This document shows positions 24,301 through 36,179 of a stretch of 52,735 bases of DNA, in pieces. The notes beneath the pieces were generated by a model. That model had not been told where the DNA came from. It made no database searches and worked only from the letters and a program-made list of their open reading frames with translations. The position numbers and the translations under genes were made by a program. The stretch lies in the NCBI GenBank assembly GCA_000934665.2, contig KZ538703.1, forward strand, positions 1 to 52,735, given 5' to 3'. Numbering within the stretch: the first letter of the stretch is position 1; each line of letters begins with the position of its first letter. Source of the stretch: Catajapyx aquilonaris. Lineage: Eukaryota.

Positions 24301-26946
24301 CTCTTTGCAAAGCACCACATTAAGATTTGCCTCTCAAAATTGGCGCAGTGTCTGGGTAAAGCAAATTTCTCTCTCTCTCTCTCTCTCTCCATCCTTCCAA
24401 AAACTTTTGAGGGTTTCCATTTTCCATGATTCTCTCTTCCTTCCTTCCTTTCTTCCTTCCTTCTCCAAAGTCCTGGCCCCCGGATTATGCTCCGGAATCG
24501 CAATTTCGACGAGTGCATATATACCTCCGGTGCGCCAATTAGCCAAACCGGTTTTGCAGATACGCCCCTCTTTTTGTGTCCGGGGCGTTGAAAAGGAACG
24601 CAGGTGGCTGCGAGTTACAAATGGAGACACTTTGTCGACAACACCAAGATTTATTCCTTTGCTCGCTGCTGCTTGGGAAGTTGGTGAACTGTGCGTGTGC
24701 TGCTGTACTACAAGGTGTTTCCAACTAGTAAGGCCTTATTTTGGCTGATTTTTCCGTAAAACGATTATGAATGATATCTGGATGCCTAATGGCAAATAAG
24801 CGCCGCACTTATTTCCAACGCTACACCATGTGGCTGAGTGTGTAACGAGTGGTGTTGTGCGAAAAGCGACCTCAACTAGTGATGCAAAAAAAAGTGCAGG
24901 CAACACATACACATGATCCACATAACTATTTTTCTCTCCGGCTGGGTACGTACCGTGGGTTGATTGGTGGGGGATAAGCACGCAATGAGAGCGTTGGGGC
25001 GATGCGTCACCCTTTCTGACAGCACATGTCATTTTCCAATTAGCGCCCACTTTGACACAGATTGGTTTGGACCACCAGCCCACAGTCCAAGCCTATGCCG
25101 CATAACTCGGGTCGAAAGGGAATCATCAGGGAAAAAGGCAAAGGAAGGAACCGAGGCACGTTTCGCCCAACCCTGCAAACTGTAACTATCCATCAACCAC
25201 ACCCGAGGTCCCTCCTACCAATACACTCCGCCTGTTATTTATTTTTTAACCAGCTTTTTTTCAGGTGACACAAGCCCAAATGAAACGTGGTGTCGGCTTG
25301 GGAGGATGAGGAATTATGCGTCGGGTGAAACCTGGGAGGCATCTTTAAAATTCTGCATAATTGGGCTGTTTGACAGCTGGTTAGGTATTCAGGCGGCTTC
25401 TGCGGGTGGAAAGATCAGTGGGCATATGGCGACGGTGACATAATGGCGATTATTATGCGCCTTGATGCCCCGTGATTGATTGATGCCAGCCAGCCAACCA
25501 CCCATACTCCTCTGGGACCCCTAGGTTGAACGGCCTATCCATAGACAGCAGCCAGGAGGAGGGGAAAGGATGTTTACTGCTGGCCCAAGACTCTTCTCTT
25601 TTTCCCCTCCCCAAGAAACATCAAATCAATCACACCAGAGGAGCCATTTGTTACTCTCCGCAATTTTCTGCCGATTACACGGGGTGCAATGGGCCTGGCC
25701 CAAGCGATACTTAGCCTCTTCTGTCAATACAAAGTTACAGACACTCTATTTAAAGCACGCGAAGTCTTTGCCTCGAGATTCACTCGTCATCCCCCAATTT
25801 AAAGCAGGAATCACGCTAACCTGTCCCAATGTGTGTTTCATAGTTGAAGCATCCATGATGAATCCACGAAAAATTCATCTATAAAAATAATCACAAAATT
25901 TGACAAGATGTATGCAAAGAATTCTCTGCAGAGAGGTCGCACAATGCGCATTTAACTGAAGAGCTGCATATTCATGTAATGTTTATTCAACGCTGTTTTC
26001 CCGGACCAAGGACATCTGGCATCCGATATTAATTATTTCAACCGCAACACATTACATGAGCGGCACATTTACAAGAACTGTAACAAGGTTTCCCGGATAT
26101 AGTCCTGCAAATAAAAATGGGGCGCATTTTTTAAAGCACAGTTTCGAGCAATAAATAGAACTGACATGGAAGAATTTAACAACGTGCTGCGTTATTATGC
26201 ATAAATAAAACGCATTTTAACTTTGACTCTATTAGGCTCGCTATTAGGGAACAACCTCGATTTTTTTGACTGTGAAAAATTATGCAACTGCTTCCTGGCG
26301 CTGTGAACTCTACCCTTTTGTCAAGGTGCGATTAAAGCTCGCATTACGTTCAACACCGAGGGCTGGAGCTGCAGGCATAGGATTTCACTCGGTCCTATTC
26401 ATCAGGAGGCAAAGAGAGGAGGGGAGGGTGGGCCACGATTCTGCTGATTCTGGAGCCGTTTTTTTGGGGGCTGCCAGAGCTGAAAGGACCACCCGCTTTT
26501 TCCATACGGCTGCAAACATTGTCGACACCAAAACCGAAATGCCCATGAAAACCGCCGTTTTGAGGGAATCAGAAAAAAAAAAAAATCCCTCCTCTTTTTT
26601 TATTATATATGTGCAGGGTTAGTGAATAGCGAGGCTCAAGCGCCGGTTATATGAAAAGCAACATGAATATCATGGCCCCTCTGATTTTAGGGCTAGCAAA
26701 ATGCGCTATAAACAAACATAGAGGGTTTAAACATTAAAACGAAGCAAATCGAAATACAGGTCTGAACTGGAACAGCCTCTTTAATATTAGTAATATTCGG
26801 AATATTTTTGGTCATTCTAATTAATCTCAGGATTTTCCGCTTATTTTGAAAATAACTTACGAATTTTTGCTGTTATTAGGTTGACCCTTGAGACGGTGAA
26901 TAATTGCAATAATTGGCATAGTTGCAAAATTTGCAACTATGCCAAT

Positions 26947-27284
26947 AAGCAGTTTGGAAGTAACTGCCCAAAACAAATTATTTTAACTGCACACACATGC
27001 CATATGGCCATTAATCTTGCAACTGTAACAGAGGCAAATTTTGCCTGACAAATTTTAAGTAGTGGTTTTTGGTTGCACTAACCTGTAATCTGCTTTTCAA
27101 AATCAGTTAATATTATTATATTAACTGGTTTTGAAAAGCAGCTTACAGGTTAGTGCAACCAAAAACCACTGCTTAAAATTTGTCAGGCAAAATTTGCCTC
27201 TGTTACAGTTGCAAGATTAATGGCCATATGGCATGTGTGTGCTGTTAAAATAATTTGTTTCGGGCAGTTACTTCCAAACTGCTT
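26947..27284. repeat. 338-bp near-perfect palindrome (167-bp arms, 4-nt loop), preceded by a 35-bp palindrome at 26912-26946
   Basis: aagcagtttggaagtaactgccc...cagttaatat [tatt] atattaactg...gggcagttacttccaaactgctt; about 5 mismatches counted by eye. Confidence 0.95.
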
Positions 27285-28847
27285 GTATTCATTTAACCCA
27301 GCAAGCACTGCAATTAGGGCTGAAAGTATGTGCCTGGTATAGAGGCCAAATGAGTGTTGGGTTGAATGTTGGTGGGCGAGGCAGGGGCCAAAAGGCAAGC
27401 AAACGTCAAGTACATTTGGAGCCCTGAGAGATCCGTGAGTGTCGAGCGAGGCCCCATTCGTCAAGTGACAAAGACAGCTGACAAGTGAGCACTGATTCGA
27501 ACCGAGTCCGCGGAAGAGGAGTGACTCCAAATGTAATGAGACGTGACCAGCCGCCCCGAGCATCATCTAACCCCATTATTCCCCTGACACTCGACTCGCT
27601 CAAATTCTCTCTCTTAAGAAATCCACCCCCCTCTTTTTTTGAAAAGGATCATTGCTCGAAATGAAGACACGGCCGGGCTCGAGGGTGCGGAGGAAATAAT
27701 TCATTTCCACCTGCGTTTCATTGGTACTTATTTCCAGCCCTGCAATTAGAGATCTGGCCACTGTGAATTAAGAACCACTTTTCCAAAGGGAAATACTGGA
27801 AGAAGAAGAAAAATACGATCTTCATTATTCTTTTTTTTTAAATTCTCCCCACACTACTATCCTTCCTAGTTTAAAAAAATGATATTACGATGTAAATGGA
27901 CTACAGGCTGGAAACCTGGATAACCTAATATTGTTCCTGACTCGTCCGTTGAAAATGGTTTAAAAGCCGACATTATGGATCACATTTTTGAACACATGCC
28001 AAAAATTTCACTCAGATCACAAGATTGGACGGTAATGACCTGGGATTATACCTTTTAGAGCTTGAATTATGCCCTCATCGTCAATTAAACACTCCTTGCA
28101 TTGAAGTTGACAAATTCTGGCATACGCATAAAGGTATCGTTAATTGGCTCGTTGTGAAGAAGCGTATACGAGGCATCTAATGAGCATTAATAGCATTATG
28201 TACATTTGAACGAAATATTATTTTAATGCTATTTCGCTATTAGCCCGAACATTCATTAACGCAATCAACGTCAAATGTCTCAATTTGCTCCTTGCGCTTG
28301 AATAGTTCTAGGTTCTAATTTGAAGGAATAATTGTCTCATTGGCACATACTCTGCAATTAAACCTTCTCGAATTTAAAGTCCTTCAGCGAATACGTCGCA
28401 TAGCATCGCCTGAGAGTGCTGCGATGTTATTTATGTCAGCCCCTTTGCTGTGTCTCGGAGGGCAAATTCTCCTTAGATCGGCATTGAGGAGACGTCGGCC
28501 ATGATCGGATATTAATGTCTCTGATGCAAATGAGGAAGTAGATGGAGGGAAGAGAATCCCGTTAAGTCGAGTGCAAAGTTGGTCTTTGACTCAGCTTCCA
28601 ACTTCTTTGTGTTGCAGGATGAGAGCTCTAATTGCATTAAACTGGCGAGAACAGATTTAATTAATAACCCTAAGACACCGGCCCATTTAAGACGTAGGAG
28701 TACCAGGGGAAGCACAATATTCCGCTCGGCTTGTCTGGCTGCTTCCTTAATACACTCTAATCTCGAGTAGTTGCATTTTACTATAAGAACCGACAGTAAA
28801 AGGTATGTTGTTCAACTTTTTTTTTCATGTCCGAGTAACTAAAGATG

Positions 28848-29470
28848 AACCGAGTGCTCACCCACATTCGCGCAGCTTCACTGTTGTAGCAGCAACGTTG
28901 CCAGAGTTACTCCCCAGGGGCCAAAAAATAATTCACACCCGCAGCAGGGAGCATATACTACATCAGAGTCGCAAACTTCTGTCGGCACCTTTGATGTTCG
29001 CGTCTCTCTGTTTGGGGCCGTTGCCAATGCGCCATTTTGAAGTGTGGGCAATGCCAACGAGGTATAAATATGGTACAGGTAAATTGTGTCCGCCATCTTT
29101 GATGGTTTTGGCGGCCATGGCAACTACACGGCAAGAACACGCGCGAATCAAAGATGGCGGACACTTTTTGCCTGTACCCTATTTATACCTCGTTGGCGTT
29201 GCCCCCACTTCAAAATGACAGCCAGCCTTGACAACTGCCCCAAACAGAGAGACGCGGAAATCGAATGTTTGCGCCTCTTATGTAGTATATGCTCCCTGCC
29301 CGTAGCCTCTGAGGTTCGTTCCAGAGCTTTGGGAACGTCGCAAACGTCGGCCAATTTGTTCCCCCCAAGCGTAGCGTTGGAAATAAGTGCAGCGCAGAGA
29401 TCTTACCAACAATCATTGATAATGCGGCCAACCGTACCTGCTGCACTCGGTTGCGTTGGTTTAAAAAAAT
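28848..29470 (-). mobile_element. MITE family A, long copy in reverse orientation, interrupted by a nested element
   Basis: 28848-28910 matches the reverse complement of 51185-51250 and 14215-14245. 29300-29470 matches the reverse complement of 44000-44140 and 14075-14185. Confidence 0.75.
28945..29298. mobile_element. 354-bp fold-back MITE (CAGGGAGC...GCTCCCTG) with a 7-bp target site duplication, nested in family A
   Basis: Termini cagggagcatatactacat / atgtagtatatgctccctg; the arms are complementary over about 150 bp. Flanks are cccgcag (28938-28944) and cccgtag (29299-29305). Confidence 0.85.
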
Positions 29471-31600
29471 CATCTGCACAGTATAGTTAGGTACTTTATG
29501 AAACACTCTGTGAACGTGTCGTAGGTGACACATGTGTTCCGAGGATCAAATCGTGGCAGTTTGGGAATTACGAGCACATGTGCTGGGGGAGAGACTTGTT
29601 GAGTTGGCTATATTTCAAGCCCCGGATTGGGTGATAACGTTGTGATAAGTGCTCCCTAGGGTCGCCTTAAAACTAACCATTTTAGATTACAAGGCTGTTA
29701 AATTCAGGCAGATAAAACGGTGGGGGATGGGACCACGCACACTTTATTAGGCATGTTCGGAGGGGGCCAAAAAAGGTGTCAGCCCCCCCCTCCCTCTCTT
29801 CAAAGTTTTAGTGTTACCAACAGTGGTCGACGCAATTTGGCCAAGTTGCTAGTTGGCATTCTGTGCTGTTTCGCTCGGGGAACGTCTCAGGGAGTCGTAA
29901 CATTTTCTTAGAAATATCTGCTGAAAAGTTCGGGACTCAACTTTTGTCATTAGATATTCCATTAATATAGAAACCGCATTGGCGTCATACTCTCGAAGGT
30001 ATATAAACAAGATGATTTTACTTTTATTCGAGTCATATCCTGCCTGCAAAGTTGCTTAAAAAAATTACCTGGACTGTGATTACACCGGGATAAGAAGCCA
30101 ACGAGCCAGCCAACAGTAGGAGAGTACATCCTGGAGTAAATGAGATAAAACCTGGGTAGGACAGCACCCATCATCCTGTGGGAGGAAAATGGGGAGCGCA
30201 CCTTTTTCGCTGAATGAAGGCTGGCCTCTTCTCTCTCTCTGTGTTGCTTTAGGCAAATGAGCTAAATTGCGGCAGTGCCAAACAAATTCCCCCAAGTTGG
30301 TAAGGGCGGGGTAGAGTCTAAACAATTATAATTTCACGACTTCATTAAGGAAGCGGCTCCCTAAAGGACGGCGATACACCCGGAAGGACCAGAGGAAGCT
30401 GTAGAAAAAGCAAGCTCTTTCCTGCTGGTAATTGACTCCTTAAACAACAACAAAAAAAGACCAGTTGTTTCAAGCCGCTGCCAACTCTTTCTTTTCTTTA
30501 GAGAGTCGCTCTGATTTTGTTGCTACCGATTCAGACCGCAACAAGATATGTAATGAGCGAAATACATTTGGCAAGACATGTCTTGTGGTTGGCTTGCGTG
30601 GGCTGGTTGGATGATATAGAAAGGGAAGAAGTTGCAGTCTCAGCTTGGGAAGTCCTTAGGGGGCCATGTCCCACAGCAGCGTCTCCAAAATTGGATTTCG
30701 GACAAATCCACTAAGCATGAGAGGCACCATAGCCCTGGATGTTGGCAAACACTTCACGCCGATTCCGCCCAAGCCCGGCCAATAAAATGTTTATGCTACA
30801 TTCCGGAGGGAAGCTGTATTTATAGCGACGAGTTTCTCCCCCCCGAGAGAATTAGCAAGATATCTCATCTGCAGTGGTGGCCTGGCGGAGAAGAGTTGTC
30901 CTCTGGTTGCAGTTGACGTCATCTCTCGCAATTAGCATCCAGTGCACGGCATCTCCCGCTTTCCGAAGCAGGCGGAAATTAAAAGAATTTTTGGCAAGCA
31001 TCGTATGGGACGGAATGGAGAAGGAAATCAAGTTTTGCATTTTTCATCGCGTGTCCCGCTGGTTTTTTTGGCAAGAAGGCGGGCCATCAATGCAGGCGGT
31101 TCATTACAACTTGTAAGGCTCCCGTGCAGATTTTTAATTACGATGCCAGACCAGTTTACGGTCTCGTTTTGTACAAAATGCGGGCCGGGACCGCAAAGGA
31201 AATTTGTCCCTTTCCTTACCACTCGCTGAAGATGAATGCGCTACATGTGGAAACGAGCCAAGAAAAAATCGGTTAAACTGCAACGGAATCACTTGTAAAG
31301 CCATTACTTTGTACAGTGATAACTGCTTTTCCATCTATAACGTTAAAATCATATTAAGAGAAAGTTGTTATCACCTTATCTATCATAATGGCACCTATTT
31401 ATTTCTCAATTTTTTGTATGGGGAGACTTTTTGTGCCTGAATTTTTGTCAGAATCGCTTCCCTAAGTGCTTTTTTCTGCTACAGGAATAGAGACACTCTC
31501 TTGAGATTTCACAGAACCGATCACTCGCGACTGTAGGGTGTATACCCGAGAGAGACGTCACTTCTCGCTTTAAAGCTCGTTTCGAAGGGGGAAAAAATGT

Positions 31601-31730
31601 GATGTTCGCGTCTCTCTGTTTGAGGCCGTTGCGTTGCCAAGGCTGGCGGCCATTTTGTAGTGTGGGCAAGGCCAACGAGGTATAAATAGGGTACAGGCAA
31701 AAATAGGGTCCGCCATCATTGATGGTGTTG
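31601..31730 (+). mobile_element. Partial copy (one arm) of the fold-back MITE at 28945-29298
   Basis: gatgttcgcgtctctctgttt...gccattttg.agtgtgggcaa.gccaacgaggtataaata.ggtacagg...gtccgccatc.ttgatggt matches 28993-29110. Confidence 0.85.
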
Positions 31731-34060
31731 CATCGAAGTATTTTTGTCATTTTGAGCCCACTGCTCGTTTGAACGTGGAAACGAATTAACCGTTTTAAAC
31801 CCCCCAGATCCTCGAACCATGTCTGAACGACAGTCAACGACACGCCTTCTGAGTCATTAGAAGCAGAAACCGTTTTGTCGTCGATCCAGTCACGTGTGAA
31901 TTCGTGAGTTGGCCCCCTAACTGCCCCATGGCAATTCTGCTGCTCTGATGACCGCGACGTGCCTTTTGAGAGAGCACCCGGCTTGACATTTACAGGCGTG
32001 TCATTCCCCTTGGGTATATATAGGTGGGGTCATTAGCGAGCTCGCAAATCACCTTCCCCGAAAGTCCATTTGCAGACATTTTTGGAAGGGTTTCACGCAT
32101 TCCTTTGCCGCAGGAGGTAAATTGACAGTTGTTGCGAGTTAGATGCTGCTGCAGTGCTGGTGATGGACTGACTTGCCTGGAGGATCTGTTCTCCTGGAAA
32201 ACTCCAGCTGGAAACCTGGAAGTGCACTCACCAATCCAATATCCTTACACGGCACCCAGCACACCAAGCAGGCCTCTCTCTCAGACAACAATCCATTGTT
32301 ACAAACTTTTGCTTTGTAGCCAGAGATTCCGAAAGCTTTTTGGCGATTGTCCTTCTGGTTGTGTCGTTATAGGCCAACCGGATGAAAGACTAGTGACACA
32401 CGCAGAAGGTTCGCACACTGTTGGACATCACTGCGTCATTACCCCATTTTTAATGCTGACAGAGAACTGAAGATATCTCTTGTTGATGCCCTTTTTGGAT
32501 ATGTAGATCACGCTCAGATGATCGAAATGCCGTGCGCATAAAATTTGAATCGCAACTGAGTGCCCTGAAGCGTTACCAAAACTTTTACCACACATCTGTC
32601 CGCATGGGCCATAGGAAATAGGGAGCCGTGTACAAAACGGTCTATAAATCGTCCAGCCCTGGACAACTTTCGGCCTGATTTACTCTGGACGCCGGGAGAA
32701 TACCCGTCAAGATAAAGCACAAAACTTTCCGGTACAATCGATACTACCGATATACGGGCCCATATTTTTGCAAAAAAAAAAGATTGATTACTAGTTACTA
32801 CACATATTTTGGGTGTTGCTTACAAATGTTTCATAATACTGTAGATAAACGCGGCATCCAGCATTTAAATTGGCGAGACTCGCAAATTTATTGTAATAAT
32901 TAGCCGAAACAATGTGGGGGGTCGCTGGTATGAACGTTTGTAATCACTGTCGCGCATCACTGATCCACTAATTAATTTAATCCTCCTCTTGTGACGTGTC
33001 ACGTTAACTACACACATACAGGCTCCCCGTATCTCCCAACATCGGCATGCTGTTGACACGCCAAAATTATATTTTTTTAAAAGGGCCGACACACACTGTG
33101 TATGACACGCTGGCCCACTGGTGTCACAACAATCGGTTTTGCGCAGAGCAACGTCAAAACTGCAGCGTGCCAAACATGCGTAATCGGATTAATGCGACAA
33201 TCCTGTTTGGTCACCCGCCAAGCAAGGATGCGCCTGACAGAATATCCAGGATGCCTTTACCTATATTGCAAAAAAAATCTGCTCGCTAAATTTTTTCGCA
33301 ACATCCTAACATCAAAGGATACACCGACAAAGGCCACTACTGGTCCGGCCTTAACAAATTGTACAAACTAAAGTACGAAGCACTGGTGACGTCACAAATG
33401 GTGTAATTTGAACGTAAATTGCCAAAATTAACTTTCGTTTCAGAAAATCGCATGTTGGAGAAGAATTTCACAATTTGGCACCAGGCTGTGCCACACTTCC
33501 AGCTGTTATTATTAATCTTCGGGATAAGATTTTTTTTAGAGGCCATATTTGTAATTCATGAGCCTTTCAAGCCGAGGATTTTTCTGGAGAATTGTGACTC
33601 TATAAAAGGCGGAATTATCCGGTCAAAAGAAGTGTTCCACTCCGGATGGGAAGCGCGTTAAATATATAGTAAAAAAAATGAGTTCCGGAGTCCTCAAAAT
33701 TGAATTGCGCGATAAGGCGCCGACGCGATCGAGTCTTAAGCCTTGGGATCAAATTAATGGCAGGGATTTTTTTTACCCGTTAAAATGTGGGGGAAAAAAA
33801 TCGTGATCATATCACCTATAGAACGTGATTACTTCCATTTACGTACTGTAATAAGAATCTTGAAGCAGGTCCATTATTGCTGTAACGAGGGGCTTTTGTA
33901 CAGAGTGCTGTACAAGTTGTTATGGCTTGTTGCACTTTGATATGGGTTATTAGGTGGGATGGGCTCCTTCAAAATAGCTAATTACGTTTTATGGCATTAT
34001 TGTAATGCAGTTCTCATAGGGGGTATAGCAGCGTTTGCCTGGTTGCTTTATGAACATCGC

Positions 34061-34147
34061 GGCGGGATGAGAATAATTACAAGGTTGTAACTACAGTACA
34101 TATGATTTTCATTTCAGTTACAACCTTTGTAATATTCTCACCCCGCC
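34061..34147. repeat. 87-bp inverted repeat / hairpin
   Basis: ggcgggatgagaataattacaaggttgtaact ... agttacaacctttgtaatattctcaccccgcc. Confidence 0.85.
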
Positions 34148-34180
34148 TGAAAATTCGGCATTGTCAGATCTTTCACCATA

Positions 34181-34387
34181 AAGGGTGGTCCAAGTTCAAG
34201 TGTCCTTTTATAACGGCGATTAATAGAAGCGCTTAACGATGACGTAGCAGCGACGTGTAAAATTGCCCACTTCGATTGCGCCGAAGATGCGCCGAAGTGG
34301 GACATTTTACGCGTCGCTGCTACGTCATCGCAAAATCACTGCTATTAATCGCCGTTATAAAACGACACTTGAACTTGGACCACCCTG
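34181..34387. mobile_element. 207-bp fold-back MITE of Tc1/mariner type (CAGGGTG terminus, TA target duplication)
   Basis: TA|aagggtggtccaagttcaagtgtc.ttttataacggcgattaatag ... ctattaatcgccgttataaaacgacacttgaacttggaccaccctg|TA; the arms pair almost to the centre. Confidence 0.85.
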
Positions 34388-34859
34388 TATTGGTGGCCAC
34401 TATCTTAATGTTTCGGTCAGTATGCTGCTTCTGGGCGGCCATTTAGCTGGAGGTTTACTGGTTGGTGTTAATACGCAATCAGAAGGCGCGATAAGAGCGA
34501 GGAGTGCTCGCAGCAGTAACAAATGTGCAAAACTGCAGCAGTGCAAACTTTTGAGAGATAACGTCGGTCGCGGTCCCGTACATATATTTCACCCGCAGTA
34601 TAATTACATGTGTAGCACTGTACACTAACAGCACCGATTCTTGGCCATGGCCCTCCCTTATCTAACCAACATATTAAGACGTCACTCACGCAACAACCTC
34701 TGGAACCACGCCAAATGGGACAAAACGGGACACACATTTTGGCAACATCCGCAGTGCAATTGTTACGGAAATGCACAAGAAGAAGAGAGAAACTAATGAT
34801 CATCTTATACGTATTTCACAACAAATGTTCCCATATGCAAATCAATACGGAGGCCTCGA

Positions 34860-35024
34860 CGTATGCACCAGGGTGATCATTAGGGGTAGTTTTTAACTAG
34901 GAAGGTTTTTAGCACATTTGGCCTTGACCTCCGAGGTCATCCTTGGCCTCAGGAGGCGAAATGGCAGAATCATCGATTCATTCAAAGTATTTCATAACCC
35001 GAGCAACGCCGGGTATCCTGCTAG
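34860..35024 (+). mobile_element. Helitron 3' end
   Basis: Subterminal GC hairpin acccgagcaacgccgggt (34997-35014), 6-nt spacer, then CTAG|T (35021-35025). The left boundary is a guess. A decayed similar end, actcgtgcaacgccgggtgaattctcccagt, lies at 23634-23664. Confidence 0.65.
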
Positions 35025-36093
35025 TGATAGCTAAAAATTGATATGTCTGTGATCCACATGTGAAAGGCTCTCTTTTCGTCCACGTGACATTGTTGGCAAC
35101 ACGAATTCCCCACGCGGGGATTCCCCGTCTACTCCATTTGCAGCTAAAAGCATCTTTGTCTACAATGCAAATTCCGTCCGCACTAACAACACCTTTAATA
35201 GCTCCCCCTTTTACTTAGTCTCTTTTTATCCGGGGACGTGTAGTACCACCTCCCAGTCTCTGTCAGGGGAGGCTGCGAAAAACGACGTGGGACTTATTCA
35301 AGGCTGGTTGTGTCAACCGACTCCAAAGTGCACCTTTTTGCATAATTAATTTACTACCAGCTAATTTCGTCAATGGGGGCCAGATGAAAACGCTGTCTTC
35401 GTTTGTTTGCTTACCACCCACCCCTCTCTCGTCCCGGATACCCGGAAATTATCACATCGTTTGGAGCAATTCCACCTAATTAGATTGGCCTCACTCCTTA
35501 GGCGCTTTCGCTCTAGTTCAGCACGACTTTAAAAGGGTTTTTTTTACACTCAAAAAAATTGCAAGACAACATATTATGACGAGAGACCAGCTTTTGTTTC
35601 AACAATCATAAAATGCAGAGTCAGCCTCTTGATTTCGAAAGGTCTACATGTTGTTTTCTGCCACTGCAGATGTGCTTTTGTAGGTTAGGGGAAAAAATAT
35701 ATATGGAGAGTGTAGCGGTCGAGTGGATCTGACAAAAGAAGGAAAAGGACGCGGGAGAGGATTTCATTCCTTTTCCAAATGGCCCGGAGACACTTTTCCG
35801 GGCGCTGCGGCATCAAAAAGGACGGAATTGACTGCTTTTCAACCGCACTTGTGGTGACATCATTTCTGCAGAGTTTGCTACTCCAGTGACGCGACACATT
35901 TGCGCAAAAAAAATTGTAATAAGACACGACAACTCGACATTTTGTGACACTACAGCTCTCAACTTTGTACAAAAAAAAATTTGATCGAAGCATTTGTTAT
36001 AAGAGCAAGTAAACAAATTGGAATTGCTATAGTTTGTTACATTCTTGACAAGAGTGCTTGTGGCGTCAAAAGAGGCTGGCGGCTAAAGAGCGA

Positions 36094-36179
36094 ATCGAAA
36101 TTTGCCCTCGGCATGACCGCCTTCATTTCATAAGTTATATGATCATGTGAGGGCGGTCATACCGAGGGCAAATTTGGAT
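36094..36179. repeat. 86-bp inverted repeat / hairpin
   Basis: aaatttgccctcggcatgaccgccttca ... tgagggcggtcataccgagggcaaattt. Confidence 0.88.

Noticed and set aside
32129..32470. 113-aa ORF and coding-like minus-strand frames
   Set aside because: No identifiable family; the minus-strand frames are interrupted by stops.
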